Source: Lama guanicoe (lineage: Eukaryota). Taken from it: a DNA stretch of 62,000 nt. The stretch is from NCBI GenBank assembly GCA_013239625.1, contig MU054391.1, positions 186,001 to 248,000 of the forward strand, given 5' to 3'. Numbering within the stretch: position 1 is the first letter of the stretch; the number at the start of each line of letters is the position of its first letter. Shown one piece after another: positions 60,211-62,000 of the stretch. The position numbers and the translations under genes are program-made. The notes under the pieces were generated by a model. The model ran no database searches and was not told where the DNA came from. It saw nothing but the letters and a program-made list of their open reading frames with translations.

Positions 60211-62000
60211 TTATTTTTTTTTTTAGGTTGTCATCTGAATAACTTTTAGTTTTGATTTTAAAAATAAAGTTGCTTCTTTTGAGTTCCTGTTATAGCTATA
60301 AAAGCTGCATCTCTAAGAACAAATATTTTAGTGTTACCTGTTTTTTTAAAAAATGTTTGTGGAGATTGAGTCATGCGTCCTTCTACATCTGGCTTCTTTT
60401 ACCCATGTCTGTGGACGACACCCGCCTCCCTGAACCCTCCCCTCCTCCAAAAAGTCTCAGCCCAGACTACTCATCAGACACAGCGGCCCACGGAGCGAGT
60501 TACTGAACGTGCAGTGGATGCGACGTGTCTAACGATGGTGCGCTCTTGAGTCACTCGGAGTTTTCGTACTGAAGATGGGCCTTGGTGCCACATGCCCACA
60601 GGTGCTCCAAACTGCGGTAAGTGTACCTGCCAGGCTTGGTGGCCGGTCTAGTCCTGACTACCTGCTGTGGTTCCTTTACTTTTGTTACTTTCCGGTGGAA
60701 GTTAGTATCAACTCCAGTCACTTGAGCGCTCATTTACTCAGTACTGGTTTATTGAAATGGTCTTCTAAAATTGACTTTAGAAGGAATTTTAACAATGTTT
60801 CATAATAGTTTAACAATAATTAATGATGTGTCTATAAATACCTATGTTCATAGCTACACACAGTATAACATTAAAACCACTTGAGTCAAATACCACCGTA
60901 ATACATCAGTTTTGCAGGTACCTGGTGATCCATGTGCATTTGCATGTTATATATTAAATCCCCTCCTCTTGTGTCTCAATCAGAAGCTCTTCCCTTGAAC
61001 TAGTTTGCGCGTTAATAAACCCAGCATTTATTGTGGAGGAAAGGCGGTCCCTTGACACTGGAGCGGCAGGCGCTGTTCTGGCAAACACGTACATCATTAC
61101 CCGGCATTTTCCAGGTGCTCAGAAGATATGTCCCTTCAGGGACAGGCAGTGAATTGAAAAATCAGTTTTCTTTCAGATGGCTTCATGCATTTTCTTTAAT
61201 GTTTAATGTAATGCACTTTTCTTTTCTTTTTAGTTTTATAGGGAAAAAGGTGTTTTGATGCTAACATTTTAATGAATGAGTGATTTTTTTTTTTACAAAC
61301 TAAAATCTCAGTGCCCCAAAGTGTACCCCAAAATGTGTTCAGACCAAAGGTTGTGAAGGCAAGAAGGAAAAAGCCCCTATTCAGGGTCTCAAAGGAAGGG
61401 TCGTGCAGTTTGTTTATAAACGATCCAATAAAATGAGAAAGCTGCGGACATGAAGTTATTTCCTCTTGTAAACTACAGGGGCTCCTAGCTCCACGGCTGT
61501 TCCAGCGACGGGGGTCCGGGGCGCGGTCGTGGTGTTGGGGTGGCTTTGCCATCCAGTCTGCCTCTCAGCGCCTCTTACTCCAAATCCTCCTTTCAGCCTC
61601 GGGAACTCGTCTTTGTGGAATTATGACAGGGCTCCTTGGAAGGAAAGCGTACGTGAAACGTTACCCATCTACTTTACCAAATGTAGAGTAATATAATTCC
61701 CATTTTTTTTACCCCAAATAAAATCACCATCCCTTATTTGATAGAATAACTAATCATTACTCTTAGGCAGATAAATCACATGAAAATCACAGCATATAAG
61801 TTACTGGGAAATCGTGGTGTATCATAAATAAAACGACAGTATTCTTATCCTACAACAGAGTAAGCTCCCAGACCCTAGAGGAAGGGTGCTGGGTGAGGGG
61901 GCACAGCAGAAAGTGGGGAGTGGGGACTTCGGGCCCCAGGAGCTGGGGGTTTTTTGCCCTGGTCGCCCCGTCTGGAAGCGCCTTCTCCCTGCTGGTCTGC

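Noticed and set aside
1..62000. CRISPR arrays, operons, tRNA/rRNA genes, bacterial promoters or terminators
   Set aside because: No regularly spaced direct repeats or recognisable structural RNA genes were seen, and the sequence is mammalian.

Overview
Mammalian, not microbial, genomic DNA: a GC- and CpG-rich, subtelomere-like non-coding region with one 639-N assembly gap (36798-37436). I recognise no protein-coding gene, RNA gene or CRISPR array. The only ORFs with recognisable protein homology are broken LINE-1 ORF2 pieces (30170-31950, 44911-46345). The rest of the annotatable sequence is old interspersed repeats (L1M, L2, MIR, MLT1, MER20, MER5A) plus three younger L1 3' ends that resemble camelid/cetartiodactyl L1. 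No Alu, B1, Bov-tA, PRE-1 or Can-SINE was seen, so a camelid is my best guess for the species. All repeat families were assigned by eye against remembered consensus sequences, and boundaries are approximate. The most notable signals are: (i) several AT-rich non-repeat islands dense in HOX/CDX, PBX-HOX, MEIS and TCF motifs, suggesting a developmental enhancer landscape (gene desert or large intron); (ii) apparent AT-to-GC drift in repeat copies, consistent with GC-biased gene conversion; (iii) weak candidates for exons of an unannotated minus-strand transcript. I found no well-supported novel biological system.
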